A stretch of DNA of 64,000 bases, taken from a virus (lineage: Duplodnaviria > Heunggongvirae > Uroviricota > Caudoviricetes). The notes below the pieces were generated by a model. That model made no database searches, had not been told where the DNA came from, and saw only the letters and a list, made by a program, of their open reading frames with translations. The stretch is from the IMG/VR virus record IMGVR_UViG_3300047393_000100; one strand, 5' to 3'. Within the stretch, counting starts at the first letter, position 1; each line of letters opens with the position of its first letter. Shown here one piece after another: positions 1-8,898 of this stretch. The translations under genes and the position numbers were made by a program.

Positions 1-156
1 CAATCAATGACGCCTAAGGCTATCCATGGAATGTATAAAGAATTAAAGTCAAAATTAGAAGATGCGGTCGGAGTTGTTCAGGAGAATATTGAAAATTCAG
101 AAGAAATTATGACGTTTGAACAATTCATAAATAAATCTAAATATATAATCTTATAA
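1..156 (+). CDS. 3' end of an ORF truncated by the window edge
   Basis: Frame 1 open from base 1 to TAA 154-156 (QSMTPKAIHGMYKELKSKLE...IMTFEQFINKSKYIIL); not in the ORF track. Confidence 0.7.
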   Translation, partial: QSMTPKAIHGMYKELKSKLEDAVGVVQENIENSEEIMTFEQFINKSKYIIL

Positions 157-172
157 AATAAAATTAAAACAA

Positions 173-3121
173 ATGAGCACATTTGATAAATATCTAAATG
201 AAATTAATAACGTGTTAAATGAGAGATCTATTAACAAAATTCAAACTGAATTCACAGACGTTGTAAACAAAATGTCAGTAATGGCAAAGGAATATTCTGC
301 AGCAGAAGGAGATGAAAAGGCAAATATTCTTGCAGAATTAAAAGGATTAACCTCACAGAAAAATGACTTAATAAAAGAGTTAGATTCTGCTGTTGCAGGA
401 AAAGACAAAGATTTACAATTAGCAATTAAAGAATCTGAAATCAATGAAGCTAGTCGTAAATCTATTAAGAAATATAAAGGTCTAACATATTTAACTTATT
501 TCGAAGCCCCTAAAGGATATTCAGTAAATGGAATAGGAGAACTTAGTGGAGTTGTTGGAACGCCAGATTTCTTTGATACAGAAAAGGAAGCTCAAGAATA
601 TGCTGAAGAACAAATTAAAGATTATTTAGGAGAATCATTAGTTAGTGAGGCTAATCCTCATGCAAAACCAGCAGGACTTTCAAAAGAAGAAACTATGGTT
701 ATAGCTCAAAAATTTGCTGATGCAATGTCAAAGGCAGATGGTTCTAAAGTTACTGTAAATAAAAGAACATTAGAAGAAGATTCATTTGACTTAGATGTTG
801 ATGGATTGGAATTTGATGGAGGTTCATACAATATTTTTCAAAATGGAAATGTTATGAATATGGCTTTAAGAAATAATCCAGTATATGGCAGGAAAAACGA
901 TTCAGTAGATACTATTATTAAGAATATGAAAAAATTCGCAAATGAATCAGTAATTAATGAAGCTGAAACAGTAAAATCAGAAGCAATATCTAGACTTGCA
1001 GGTTTTTTCCGTATAAATCCTTATGCTCTTTCAAAATTTAATTTTGACGGAAAGGATAATATCAAAGAACTTACTAAAGTTTTAAACTCTACGTCAGATC
1101 AAGGTACTGAACTTTATTATAATACAGCCATTAAGGCTGCTAAAAAAGATTTAGGAATTGATGAATCTGTAATTAATGAAGCCGAAAAGTTTAAAAGTAC
1201 CAAAGAATTTGAAGATTTCTTAGAAGAAATCGATGGTATGCCAGAGAATAGAATTAAAAGAATAATGGGTAAAGATTATATTGATACTCCAGGTGGATAC
1301 AGAGATGAAGCTGAAGATTATGATAACGACATTGAAGAATACATGATTTCTAATATGGGTAAATCTGATTTTAATGAACTTAAAAATTATTGGGAAACCA
1401 ACGTTGCCGAATCTATTGTTATCGAATCTAAAAAATTCTATAATACAAAGGAAATAGTTAAAATAGCTAATATAGCAGGAGATTCAGTAATTGACGCAAA
1501 ATCAGCAATTCAAGATCTATCCATCGAGTATGGAGACAAAGTACCATTAGGCGAATTAAATAAAGTTCTAGCAGATTATGACTTAGAATTAGAAGATTTA
1601 ATGGAATCATCAATAATTGAGGGTAAAAAAATTATACTTAAAAGACAATATACTGAAAATCATCCAGCATCTACTGTTGGTAAAAATGCTAACGTTAGAA
1701 ACAAAGTATTAGAATTTATTAAAAATGGTAAAATTACCAAAGAAGCATTTGAAAATTTTGTTGCAGGTCTTTCAAACAATTCTAAAAGATGGACTAAAAG
1801 CAATTCACAATATTTTACAATTTCAGAAGATGGAGTTTCATTATCTAAAGTTGGACAAAAGATTCTTAAAAGTATTACAGTAAATGAAGCAGAGTTTAAA
1901 GAATTTCCAAAAGGTTATAACCCAGAAATATGGGTTCCTGGCAATTTTGATAAAGCTATTTCTAAATATCCAAATTCCAAATTAACCAGAAAAATAGTAT
2001 TGGATGCTGCTAAAAAATGGGATGTTACTCCCGAGGACGCTATTAATTACGTAGAATTCGGATGGCATGTTGATTTATCAGAAAATATAAACACAAATAT
2101 GAAAACAAAATTTATTTACGAATCATTTAGTGAATTCGTTAGTTCTTTAAATGAATCTAATAATTCATTAAATGAAGCGTTTGCTTCAACAAAACTTGCA
2201 AGTATTTTAACAGGTGGAAATAAAATGCCAGCTGATCTTCCTGCAGCATTCTATAACATGTCTAAATTAGCATTAGATAAAATACAAGATATTGATATTT
2301 TAGATATGGATCCTCAGACTGCAAAAAAGGAAAAAAGATCCAAAGCAATTTATATGTATTTTACAACAAATGAAAAAGAAAATCCATATGCTGGAAAAAA
2401 TTCATATAATGCGCATACAATTCCAGCAAATACTTTATTAGCAATCACCGATGGTAGTAATGAATGGATGAATACTGAATGGACAAGAAGCTTTTCTTCA
2501 AAATCATCAAAAACACTAAAGACTACAAAAAGAGATGATTCTGCAGGAATCGATAAATCAAGTGCTAGCGATCAATATGGTTCAGGTATTTCAAGTATGA
2601 AACAAGTGGCTGATTTAGCAGACAGAGCATATTGTTTAGATTTAGATATTCTTAGAGCAAGATATTCTACAGAAGCACAAAGAAGTGAAAGAACTGCTGC
2701 AAGAAAAGGTGCAGTTGCATTTATGAATGATAAAGATTTTAAAGCAGAAAACAAGGCAAGATATAATGATATTTTAGCAACTAAAGCGTCTTCAATGCCG
2801 ATGGATTCCGTAGTTTCAAAAGCTATAGATACTCTTTCTATACAAATTAAAGATGCAATCATTAAAGGTGAAAAAGGAAAATATGGAGATCTTTTAATTG
2901 GATTAGATCCACGTGGAAAAGAAGTTAAAATGTCAGATGCATCTAATTTAATGAGAAATATTTTAGACACATACTCAAGATATGTTGGAGATGTTGCAAA
3001 CGATGAAAAAGAAAAAGCAGCAGGATATACTGGAAATTACTATGCGGGTAGTTTAAAAAATCATGCAAAAGACATACAAGATAATGTTAAAAAAATAGAT
3101 ACATTAAGCTACGCTTGGTAA
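173..3121 (+). CDS. Large putative internal head (poly)protein, 982 aa
   Basis: Starts MSTFDKYLNE; recurring [ILV]-N/S/I-E motifs (EINEA, LVSEA, SVINEAE twice, IVIES, IIEG, TVNEAE, SLNEA); internal MKTKFIYESFSEF at 2099. Confidence 0.6.
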   Translation: MSTFDKYLNEINNVLNERSINKIQTEFTDVVNKMSVMAKEYSAAEGDEKANILAELKGLTSQKNDLIKELDSAVAGKDKDLQLAIKESEINEASRKSIKKYKGLTYLTYFEAPKGYSVNGIGELSGVVGTPDFFDTEKEAQEYAEEQIKDYLGESLVSEANPHAKPAGLSKEETMVIAQKFADAMSKADGSKVTVNKRTLEEDSFDLDVDGLEFDGGSYNIFQNGNVMNMALRNNPVYGRKNDSVDTIIKNMKKFANESVINEAETVKSEAISRLAGFFRINPYALSKFNFDGKDNIKELTKVLNSTSDQGTELYYNTAIKAAKKDLGIDESVINEAEKFKSTKEFEDFLEEIDGMPENRIKRIMGKDYIDTPGGYRDEAEDYDNDIEEYMISNMGKSDFNELKNYWETNVAESIVIESKKFYNTKEIVKIANIAGDSVIDAKSAIQDLSIEYGDKVPLGELNKVLADYDLELEDLMESSIIEGKKIILKRQYTENHPASTVGKNANVRNKVLEFIKNGKITKEAFENFVAGLSNNSKRWTKSNSQYFTISEDGVSLSKVGQKILKSITVNEAEFKEFPKGYNPEIWVPGNFDKAISKYPNSKLTRKIVLDAAKKWDVTPEDAINYVEFGWHVDLSENINTNMKTKFIYESFSEFVSSLNESNNSLNEAFASTKLASILTGGNKMPADLPAAFYNMSKLALDKIQDIDILDMDPQTAKKEKRSKAIYMYFTTNEKENPYAGKNSYNAHTIPANTLLAITDGSNEWMNTEWTRSFSSKSSKTLKTTKRDDSAGIDKSSASDQYGSGISSMKQVADLADRAYCLDLDILRARYSTEAQRSERTAARKGAVAFMNDKDFKAENKARYNDILATKASSMPMDSVVSKAIDTLSIQIKDAIIKGEKGKYGDLLIGLDPRGKEVKMSDASNLMRNILDTYSRYVGDVANDEKEKAAGYTGNYYAGSLKNHAKDIQDNVKKIDTLSYAW

Positions 3122-3135
3122 TAAATAATAAGAAT

Positions 3136-3687
3136 ATGAAACATATTAAATTATACGAAGATTTTTTAGTAACTGAAAAGGCGTATCAATTAACAGGATC
3201 GTATGGTGCTAAAGGAATAGCAGGAAAGGTTGCATTTGCATTTAAAAAACAAGTTGAACGTGTTCAATATGATGGAAATGTTAAATCAACATTAGATGAT
3301 TTGAATACAGTATGGTTAAAATGGGCTAATAATGAAGGTGCAAAAATCATCGAAACTGAAGTAATGAAACAAATTAAAGATAAAGATGCAGTGATATATG
3401 TGACATCTACTTTAGGTAATTATAAATGGATTGCAGATGAAGTAAATGGAGTAAATGGACCTGAAAGAAGCGAATTATTGGCAAGATTTCCTGGAGATTT
3501 TGTAATTAATATTGGGTTTGCGGATGATATTGATGCTAACAAATTTTCTAGGAAACTTGGAGGAATGACAAATACTGCGTTGGTTTCAAGCACAGATACT
3601 GAAATACTAGGAAGTTTTGATGCTTCAGTGGGATATAACAATGTTGAAATTAGAGGATCTTTATTCTTAACAATAGACATAAAATAA
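3136..3687 (+). CDS. Putative internal head protein with capsid-targeting-like N-terminus
   Basis: Likely true start ATG 3136 (MKHIKLYEDFLVTE) after an A-rich leader; the track start 3115 overlaps the upstream gene. Confidence 0.6.
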   Translation: MKHIKLYEDFLVTEKAYQLTGSYGAKGIAGKVAFAFKKQVERVQYDGNVKSTLDDLNTVWLKWANNEGAKIIETEVMKQIKDKDAVIYVTSTLGNYKWIADEVNGVNGPERSELLARFPGDFVINIGFADDIDANKFSRKLGGMTNTALVSSTDTEILGSFDASVGYNNVEIRGSLFLTIDIK

Positions 3688-3701
3688 ATTTAAAATAATA
3701 T

Positions 3702-4097
3702 ATGAAACACATTAAACTATACGAGGAATTCGTAAATGAAGCATTAAATTTAAATTCAGAACAATTTAGAAAATATGTAATAGACACTGTTGCTAAAAAA
3801 TGTCCATGGGCCGAAATTACCGAAGAAACAAGCGCAAAATCTTCAAATTTTGATTCAATAACGTTCGACGACGCAGTATTGATATATTGGACAGAAGGGC
3901 CTGCTAATCAGACTAATTCCATGATTAGAGTACAGTCTTCTGGTAAATGGCAAAAACCTAATCCAAATACTCCAGATAGAAAAAGATTCGGGCAAGAAGT
4001 TAATAAAGCAACAGGATGGGATAAACAAGAAAATGGTGTTAAAAACTTAATAAGTATTTTAAAAACAAATAGTGCAAATTCACCTAAAAATCAATAA
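3702..4097 (+). CDS. Putative internal head protein with capsid-targeting-like N-terminus
   Basis: MKHIKLYEEFVNEA. Confidence 0.6.
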   Translation: MKHIKLYEEFVNEALNLNSEQFRKYVIDTVAKKCPWAEITEETSAKSSNFDSITFDDAVLIYWTEGPANQTNSMIRVQSSGKWQKPNPNTPDRKRFGQEVNKATGWDKQENGVKNLISILKTNSANSPKNQ

Positions 4098-4099
4098 TC

Positions 4100-4765
4100 A
4101 TGCCAAGTACAAGTATAGCACAGCAACAATTAATGGGTATGGCCTACTCTCTTAAAAAAGGAGAAATGGATCCCAAGGACGCAAGTCAAGAGGTTAAAGA
4201 TCTTGCTGATTCTATGACACTACAGCAGTTAAAGGATTTTGCAAGTACAAAACATAAAGGATTACCACAGAGGGCAGATGAAAATGCTTTACCATCAAGT
4301 ATTGGTGGAATGGGAGCAACCTTATTACCGACAGCAACCCAAACAGGTTCCGGGGATATTTTATCAGGAGCTGGCGATGCAGAAGAGGAATATAAGAAAA
4401 ATAAAAAGAAAAGAGAAGCTATGTTAAAAACATTCGAACAATTTCTTAATGAAATGAATGAAAGTGCTCTTAATTTACCTTTAGGATTAGAACAATTCGC
4501 AAATGATGAAAAGGAAGCAGGAAAGCAGGCAGATATTTATTTAGCATCGTTTGACGGTAGAAGTTTTAAAGCGCAATCAACTGATAAAACATGGGAAGAT
4601 GGAGTTCCTGTTACTAAGAACTTCACAAGAAATGGATATAAAAGTGTTTCTGTTAAAGGACAACATTACATTATAGAAGGAAATACTTTTTGGTATTTCA
4701 GAGTAGGAAGGATATGGCATGCGGTTAAACGCGCAGATTATGAAACTCCTCCATTTGAATATTAA
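4100..4765 (+). CDS. DUF3008-like N-terminal domain fused to a second module starting with a capsid-targeting-like motif
   Basis: MPSTSIAQQQLMGMAYSLKKGE...LKDFASTKHKGLP resembles DUF3008; internal MLKTFEQFLNE at 4421. Confidence 0.55.
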   Translation: MPSTSIAQQQLMGMAYSLKKGEMDPKDASQEVKDLADSMTLQQLKDFASTKHKGLPQRADENALPSSIGGMGATLLPTATQTGSGDILSGAGDAEEEYKKNKKKREAMLKTFEQFLNEMNESALNLPLGLEQFANDEKEAGKQADIYLASFDGRSFKAQSTDKTWEDGVPVTKNFTRNGYKSVSVKGQHYIIEGNTFWYFRVGRIWHAVKRADYETPPFEY

Positions 4766-4816
4766 TAATTTGAGTATCATCGAATTAACCACTCCATAAA
4801 GAGTATTTATGGACCG

Positions 4817-4848
4817 AAGACCCTAAGAAATTAGGGTCTTTTATTTTT
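4817..4848 (+). terminator. Rho-independent terminator
   Basis: AAGACCCTAA-GAAA-TTAGGGTCTT then T-rich tail. Confidence 0.85.
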
Positions 4849-4850
4849 TA

Positions 4851-4879
4851 TGAAACTTTTTAGAATACATTTATATAAT
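4851..4879 (+). promoter_or_regulatory. Putative middle promoter TGAAAC-N17-TATAAT
   Basis: Exact 17-nt spacer; motif recurs at 8 intergenic sites. Confidence 0.7.
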
Positions 4880-4901
4880 TATAACATTTAACTTATATAA
4901 T

Positions 4902-5162
4902 ATGACTTATATTTTTAGACCGGAAAACTGGAGTAAATGGTCGGGGTTAGCGATCGATAAAATAAATAAAACAATAGATTCTTGTGCCACACAAGAACAC
5001 CTAGATGTCGCCAAGACCATGGTTAATAATTTTATATTTGTAACTGCTCTTGAGGATAATATTAAAGAGAATGATTTAGAAGAGGTTATAAAATTATTTT
5101 GGTTAAAATTAGATTTACAAAGCCAATTAATTTTTGAAACAAATTCAGTATCATTAGTATAA
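4902..5162 (+). CDS. Hypothetical protein
   Basis: ORF directly after the promoter, A-rich leader. Confidence 0.6.
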   Translation: MTYIFRPENWSKWSGLAIDKINKTIDSCATQEHLDVAKTMVNNFIFVTALEDNIKENDLEEVIKLFWLKLDLQSQLIFETNSVSLV

Positions 5163-5186
5163 TTAAAGAACATAAAAAATAACACA

Positions 5187-6614
5187 ATGAAATTCGTAGA
5201 CGCTTTAAGACAAGAAGACATTTTAACAGAAAATGGAATGGCAACAAATTCAACTTCGTTGAATGCATGTGTCGATTTATTCTTTAATATTGGTGCAATG
5301 AGAGGACAGGATAAACAACGTTTACTTGCAACCTTTTCTAAAGCATTCAACGAAGATCCTAAACGTGCTATGAAACTTTTGTTTTGGGCAAGAGATGTTA
5401 GAGGTGGAGCAGGAGAACGTCAAATATTTAAAGACATTTTAGTTTATCTTGCCGAAAACCATGATTTGGCATTAAAACCAAATTTACATTTAATTCCAGA
5501 ATATGGCCGCTTTGATGATTTACTAGTATTAGTAGGAACATATTTAGAAAATGATGCTTTGCAACTTATTGCAGATGCTCTTAAATCTGAAAATGGTTTA
5601 TGTGCAAAATGGATGCCACGTAAAGGTCAAGTAGCTGAAAAGTTACGTGCATTCATAAAATTTTCACCAAAACAATACCGTAAAACTTTAGTTAATTTAA
5701 CCAACGTTGTTGAAACTAAAATGTGTGCTAAGGATTGGAACTCTATTGATTTTGGCAAATTACCATCGGTTGCTTCTGCGAGATATCAAAAAGCATTTGG
5801 TAAAAATGCATATGAAAGTTACTCAGCGTATATAGAATCTCTAGTAAAAGGAGAAGCTAAAATTAATGCAGGTGCAATTTATCCGTATGATGTTACTAAG
5901 TCTTTGACACATGGTAACGCTAAAGTTGCAAACGAACAATGGAAAGCACTTCCTAATTATTTAGAAGGAGCAAACGATATGATTTTACCAGTGGTAGACG
6001 TTTCAGGTTCTATGTCAAGTCCAGCAGGTGGAAGTAAAACTGTAACTTGTATGGATGTTGCAATTTCATTAGGTCTTTATATTTCTGAAAGAAATGAAGG
6101 TCCTTTCAAAGATGCATTCATCACATTCTCAAGTAAACCACAGTTGCAAGTATTAAGTGGTACATTGAATGATCGCTACGCACAGATGTCAAACTCCGAT
6201 TGGGGAATGTCAACAGATCTCGAGGCTACATTCAAACTGATCTTAGATCAGGCCACTAAACATAATTTGTCCCAAGACGAGATGCCAAATAAAATTTTAA
6301 TCTTGTCGGATATGGAATTTAATCAAGCAACTTCTACTGGATGGAGAAATGAAAGTGGAAACTGGAATCCAACTGCTCAAAAACTGATTGAATCAATGTA
6401 TTCGGATGCAGGCTATAAAATGCCCCAAATCATATACTGGAACATTCAATCTAGAAACGGAGGAGTACCCGTTGAATTTGATGCAGCAGGAACTGCATTA
6501 GTGTCAGGATTCTCTCCATCGATTATGACAAGTTTACTTGGAGGAGATATCGAATCTCCACAACAAATAATGGATAAAACAATTTTAAGTGAGAGATACT
6601 CACCAATTGTTTAA
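5187..6614 (+). CDS. DUF2828-family protein (TROVE-like helical domain plus vWA domain; Ro60-like)
   Basis: LLFWARDVRGGAGER, IPEYGRFDDL, CAKWMPRK, INAGAIYPYDV, MIDAS motif VVDVSGSM, ILSDMEF, IIYWNI, LVSGFSPS. Confidence 0.8.
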   Translation: MKFVDALRQEDILTENGMATNSTSLNACVDLFFNIGAMRGQDKQRLLATFSKAFNEDPKRAMKLLFWARDVRGGAGERQIFKDILVYLAENHDLALKPNLHLIPEYGRFDDLLVLVGTYLENDALQLIADALKSENGLCAKWMPRKGQVAEKLRAFIKFSPKQYRKTLVNLTNVVETKMCAKDWNSIDFGKLPSVASARYQKAFGKNAYESYSAYIESLVKGEAKINAGAIYPYDVTKSLTHGNAKVANEQWKALPNYLEGANDMILPVVDVSGSMSSPAGGSKTVTCMDVAISLGLYISERNEGPFKDAFITFSSKPQLQVLSGTLNDRYAQMSNSDWGMSTDLEATFKLILDQATKHNLSQDEMPNKILILSDMEFNQATSTGWRNESGNWNPTAQKLIESMYSDAGYKMPQIIYWNIQSRNGGVPVEFDAAGTALVSGFSPSIMTSLLGGDIESPQQIMDKTILSERYSPIV

Positions 6615-6623
6615 GATATATAA
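6615..6623 (+). promoter_or_regulatory. Putative late promoter GATATATAA driving the noncoding unit
   Basis: Same motif precedes the protease, capsid, sheath, tube and tape-measure genes. Confidence 0.65.
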
Positions 6624-6629
6624 TAAAAT

Positions 6630-6685
6630 TGGTTCTTTACAGCAAACAATCACAAGCAAACAATCAGCAACTACGATTAGAACCA
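6630..6685 (+). ncRNA. Small RNA with terminal helix and ACAGCAA signature
   Basis: TGGTTCT/AGAACCA helix, then TT-ACAGCAA; loop holds tandem AGCAAACAATC repeats. Confidence 0.55.
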
Positions 6686-6688
6686 GGT

Positions 6689-6933
6689 GGATCGGTACAG
6701 CAAAAAGTACAAACACAGCTATGATAGGTCTGGAATATGAAGCCCCTTATATCATTTGCATATAAGGTGCGGATCAGACAAGTGAAGGCTAACACTAAAA
6801 AATAAGCTACACGTCAAACCACCCCAATAGGTGCAAGTAGGATGAGTTGAAGTTTAGTAGACTCTCGCGAAAGCAAAGCCGAAGACGTAAAAGAGGGTTA
6901 TTCCGCCGGGAAGAAAATCACGAACAACGATCC
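6689..6933 (+). ncRNA. About 245-nt multi-stem RNA with terminal helix and ACAGCAA signature
   Basis: GGATCG/CGATCC closing helix, then GT-ACAGCAA; inner helices GTCTG/CAGAC, CCTTATAT/ATATAAGG, AGTG/CACT, CACC/GGTG, CTCT/AGAG; GC-richer than flanks. Confidence 0.55.
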
Positions 6934-6944
6934 CGTAATAATTC

Positions 6945-6973
6945 AATCCAGGCCAATAAGCCTGGATTTTTTT
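6945..6973 (+). terminator. Rho-independent terminator closing the ncRNA unit
   Basis: AATCCAGGC-CAATAA-GCCTGGATT then T tract. Confidence 0.9.
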
Positions 6974-6994
6974 ATGTAAATATTCCATCTAACT

Positions 6995-7023
6995 CGAAAC
7001 AAATTAGTAATTCGATATATAAT
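6995..7023 (+). promoter_or_regulatory. Putative middle promoter CGAAAC-N17-TATAAT
   Basis: 17-nt spacer; overlaps GATATATAA at 7014. Confidence 0.65.
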
Positions 7024-7038
7024 AACTAAACACAAATT

Positions 7039-7311
7039 ATGAATAATATTTTAGAAGAAGCAAATCAAATTGTTAATCATCGATCTGAAGAAGCTGATCG
7101 TAATTATGGTCCATTTTCAGAAGGAATGGATAGAGCTGCCATGATTTTTCAAGGTATGACTGGGATTGAAGTCACTGGTGAACATATGTTTAAAGCCTTA
7201 GTTGCTCTTAAATTCTCTAGAGAATCTTATAATCATAAGAAAGATAATTTATTAGATGCAGTTGCGTACATCCAAGGATTAGATAACTACATTAACGAAA
7301 AACAAGTTTAA
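7039..7311 (+). CDS. DUF6378-like small phage protein (possible nucleotide pyrophosphatase)
   Basis: ILEEA..IV..R.....YG, LK.SR, D...DA..Y pattern. Confidence 0.55.
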   Translation: MNNILEEANQIVNHRSEEADRNYGPFSEGMDRAAMIFQGMTGIEVTGEHMFKALVALKFSRESYNHKKDNLLDAVAYIQGLDNYINEKQV

Positions 7312-7312
7312 T

Positions 7313-8407
7313 ATGAAGATACTTTTTACAGGTTGTACTGCAAAACAGGTTGATGATGAAGCTTATAAAAGAGCAAGAGTAAAACGAATTGATGATAGTT
7401 CTATTATCTGTAATTCCTTAAGAAAACAAGGATATTCAGTAGATCGTAAACCAGTTAAATGGGGAGAAGATCTCTCAGAATATGGATTAGCAATTGTTGG
7501 AGTTGGACAATTTGGTTCAAACAATTACTCTGGTGAAATATTTAATGTTTTGTATGCCCTTAAAACGGTAAAGAACGTTATTATATTTCATGAAGATTGG
7601 AAAATTGATGGAACTATGAAATCTTGGGCAAGTATGTTAAACCAAGAAACATTTGATAAATCTATTGCAAAGAAATGGAGTGATGGTAGACATTTTTATG
7701 GAGGCGTAGATAATCCAAACTTTAATCCAACCGAAGCAATCGAAGTTATTCGCAAAGTAGTCAATGGTGAATATGAAAATGCACTAATTCCTGCATTTGA
7801 TTGGGGAGATAAAGAAAAGGTTAGAGATATTATTAAAGTAAAAAATATATTTAATATTGATTTAACCCCATACGTCTTAGATATGTGGAATATTAAATTA
7901 GATATAGAACCACAACGGAAGGAGAAAAAGCATATGCTTGCTTCTCTTGTTGACCATCGACCATGGGTTCGTAGAAATAAATTAAAATGGCCAGTAGATT
8001 ATTTTGGAGCAAAAAGTATTAAAGAAGCTAGCCAACTTGCAACTGAAACTGATGTATTTGAAGCATGTGGAAAATACTGGGGAATATTATGTCCAGAATA
8101 TCCACATGCTGGTTCTGGCTGGTTTCGAATTAGATGGATCTATGCTGCAATTCAGAAATCTGTATTATTATCCTCTCCTAAAGATCTAGAGGCACTTGGA
8201 TTACCGCAGAGTAACATTGAGATGTTGAGTGATAATCAACTAGAAGAATACGCAAAGTTACAGTCTGACACTGTATTATCTTATATGTGGACCAAAGATA
8301 CATTTGATAAAAAGGTTTCTGATATGGTAGAAATATTATGCGATACACTATCTAAGGATAATGAAAATAATGTTGCTCCAATCCTTAAACAAAATGCACT
8401 TTTTTAG
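7313..8407 (+). CDS. Putative GT-B glycosyltransferase (BGT-like DNA base-modifying enzyme)
   Basis: MKILFTG start, DLSEYGLAIVG (compare T4 BGT DVNDYDRLIV), C-terminal WGILCPEYPHAGSGWFRIR; lies between pyrophosphatase-like genes and the polymerase. Confidence 0.5.
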   Translation: MKILFTGCTAKQVDDEAYKRARVKRIDDSSIICNSLRKQGYSVDRKPVKWGEDLSEYGLAIVGVGQFGSNNYSGEIFNVLYALKTVKNVIIFHEDWKIDGTMKSWASMLNQETFDKSIAKKWSDGRHFYGGVDNPNFNPTEAIEVIRKVVNGEYENALIPAFDWGDKEKVRDIIKVKNIFNIDLTPYVLDMWNIKLDIEPQRKEKKHMLASLVDHRPWVRRNKLKWPVDYFGAKSIKEASQLATETDVFEACGKYWGILCPEYPHAGSGWFRIRWIYAAIQKSVLLSSPKDLEALGLPQSNIEMLSDNQLEEYAKLQSDTVLSYMWTKDTFDKKVSDMVEILCDTLSKDNENNVAPILKQNALF

Positions 8408-8430
8408 TACAACTATTATAAATAAAAATT

Positions 8431-8898
8431 ATGGCAAATATAGATAATGAATGTAAAGATCTTGAAGTAAAAGACTTCTATGATAAATCAACAACACACT
8501 TAGCGGATATTATGGAAAACCAAAAAAAGATGCAAGAGCAAACTTATGGTTTTAAATTTGAAGACATGACAATTCGCGAAGTAATGAATTTTTGGCATGT
8601 TAATACGCATGCAGTAGTTGATGAAATTCACGAAATGACAGATGCATTAGGCGGTATTAAAGATGGTAGTGGAAACGCAGTATGGAAATATTGGAAAAAA
8701 GACTTTTCTAAATATGAAACATTAAGGGTTTCTGATATGTCAGAAGGTGATAAAAAAGAATTGTATATGGAATGGGTAGATATTCTACACTTCTTTATAA
8801 ATTATGCAGCATCAATTGGATTAGATGCAAAAACCGCTTACAATTACTACTTCGCAAAGGCAGAAGAGAATGTTAATCGTCAGAAAAATAATTATTAA
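8431..8898 (+). CDS. All-alpha dUTPase/dCTPase (T4 gp56 / dUTPase_2-like)
   Basis: DEIHE, WKYWK, EWVDILHF, K..EN..RQKNNY motifs. Confidence 0.8.
   Translation: MANIDNECKDLEVKDFYDKSTTHLADIMENQKKMQEQTYGFKFEDMTIREVMNFWHVNTHAVVDEIHEMTDALGGIKDGSGNAVWKYWKKDFSKYETLRVSDMSEGDKKELYMEWVDILHFFINYAASIGLDAKTAYNYYFAKAEENVNRQKNNY

Noticed and set aside
6641-6670. CRISPR mini-array from the AGCAAACAATC repeats
   Set aside because: 11-bp units with at most 3-nt spacing; far too short, and no cas genes
6630-6960. tmRNA, RNase P RNA or SRP RNA
   Set aside because: No T-arm/CCA end or tag peptide ending in ALAA, no GAGGAAAGUC, no SRP domain IV motif
6847-7029. 60-aa ORF in the track
   Set aside because: TTG start without a leader; runs through the RNA helices, terminator and next promoter
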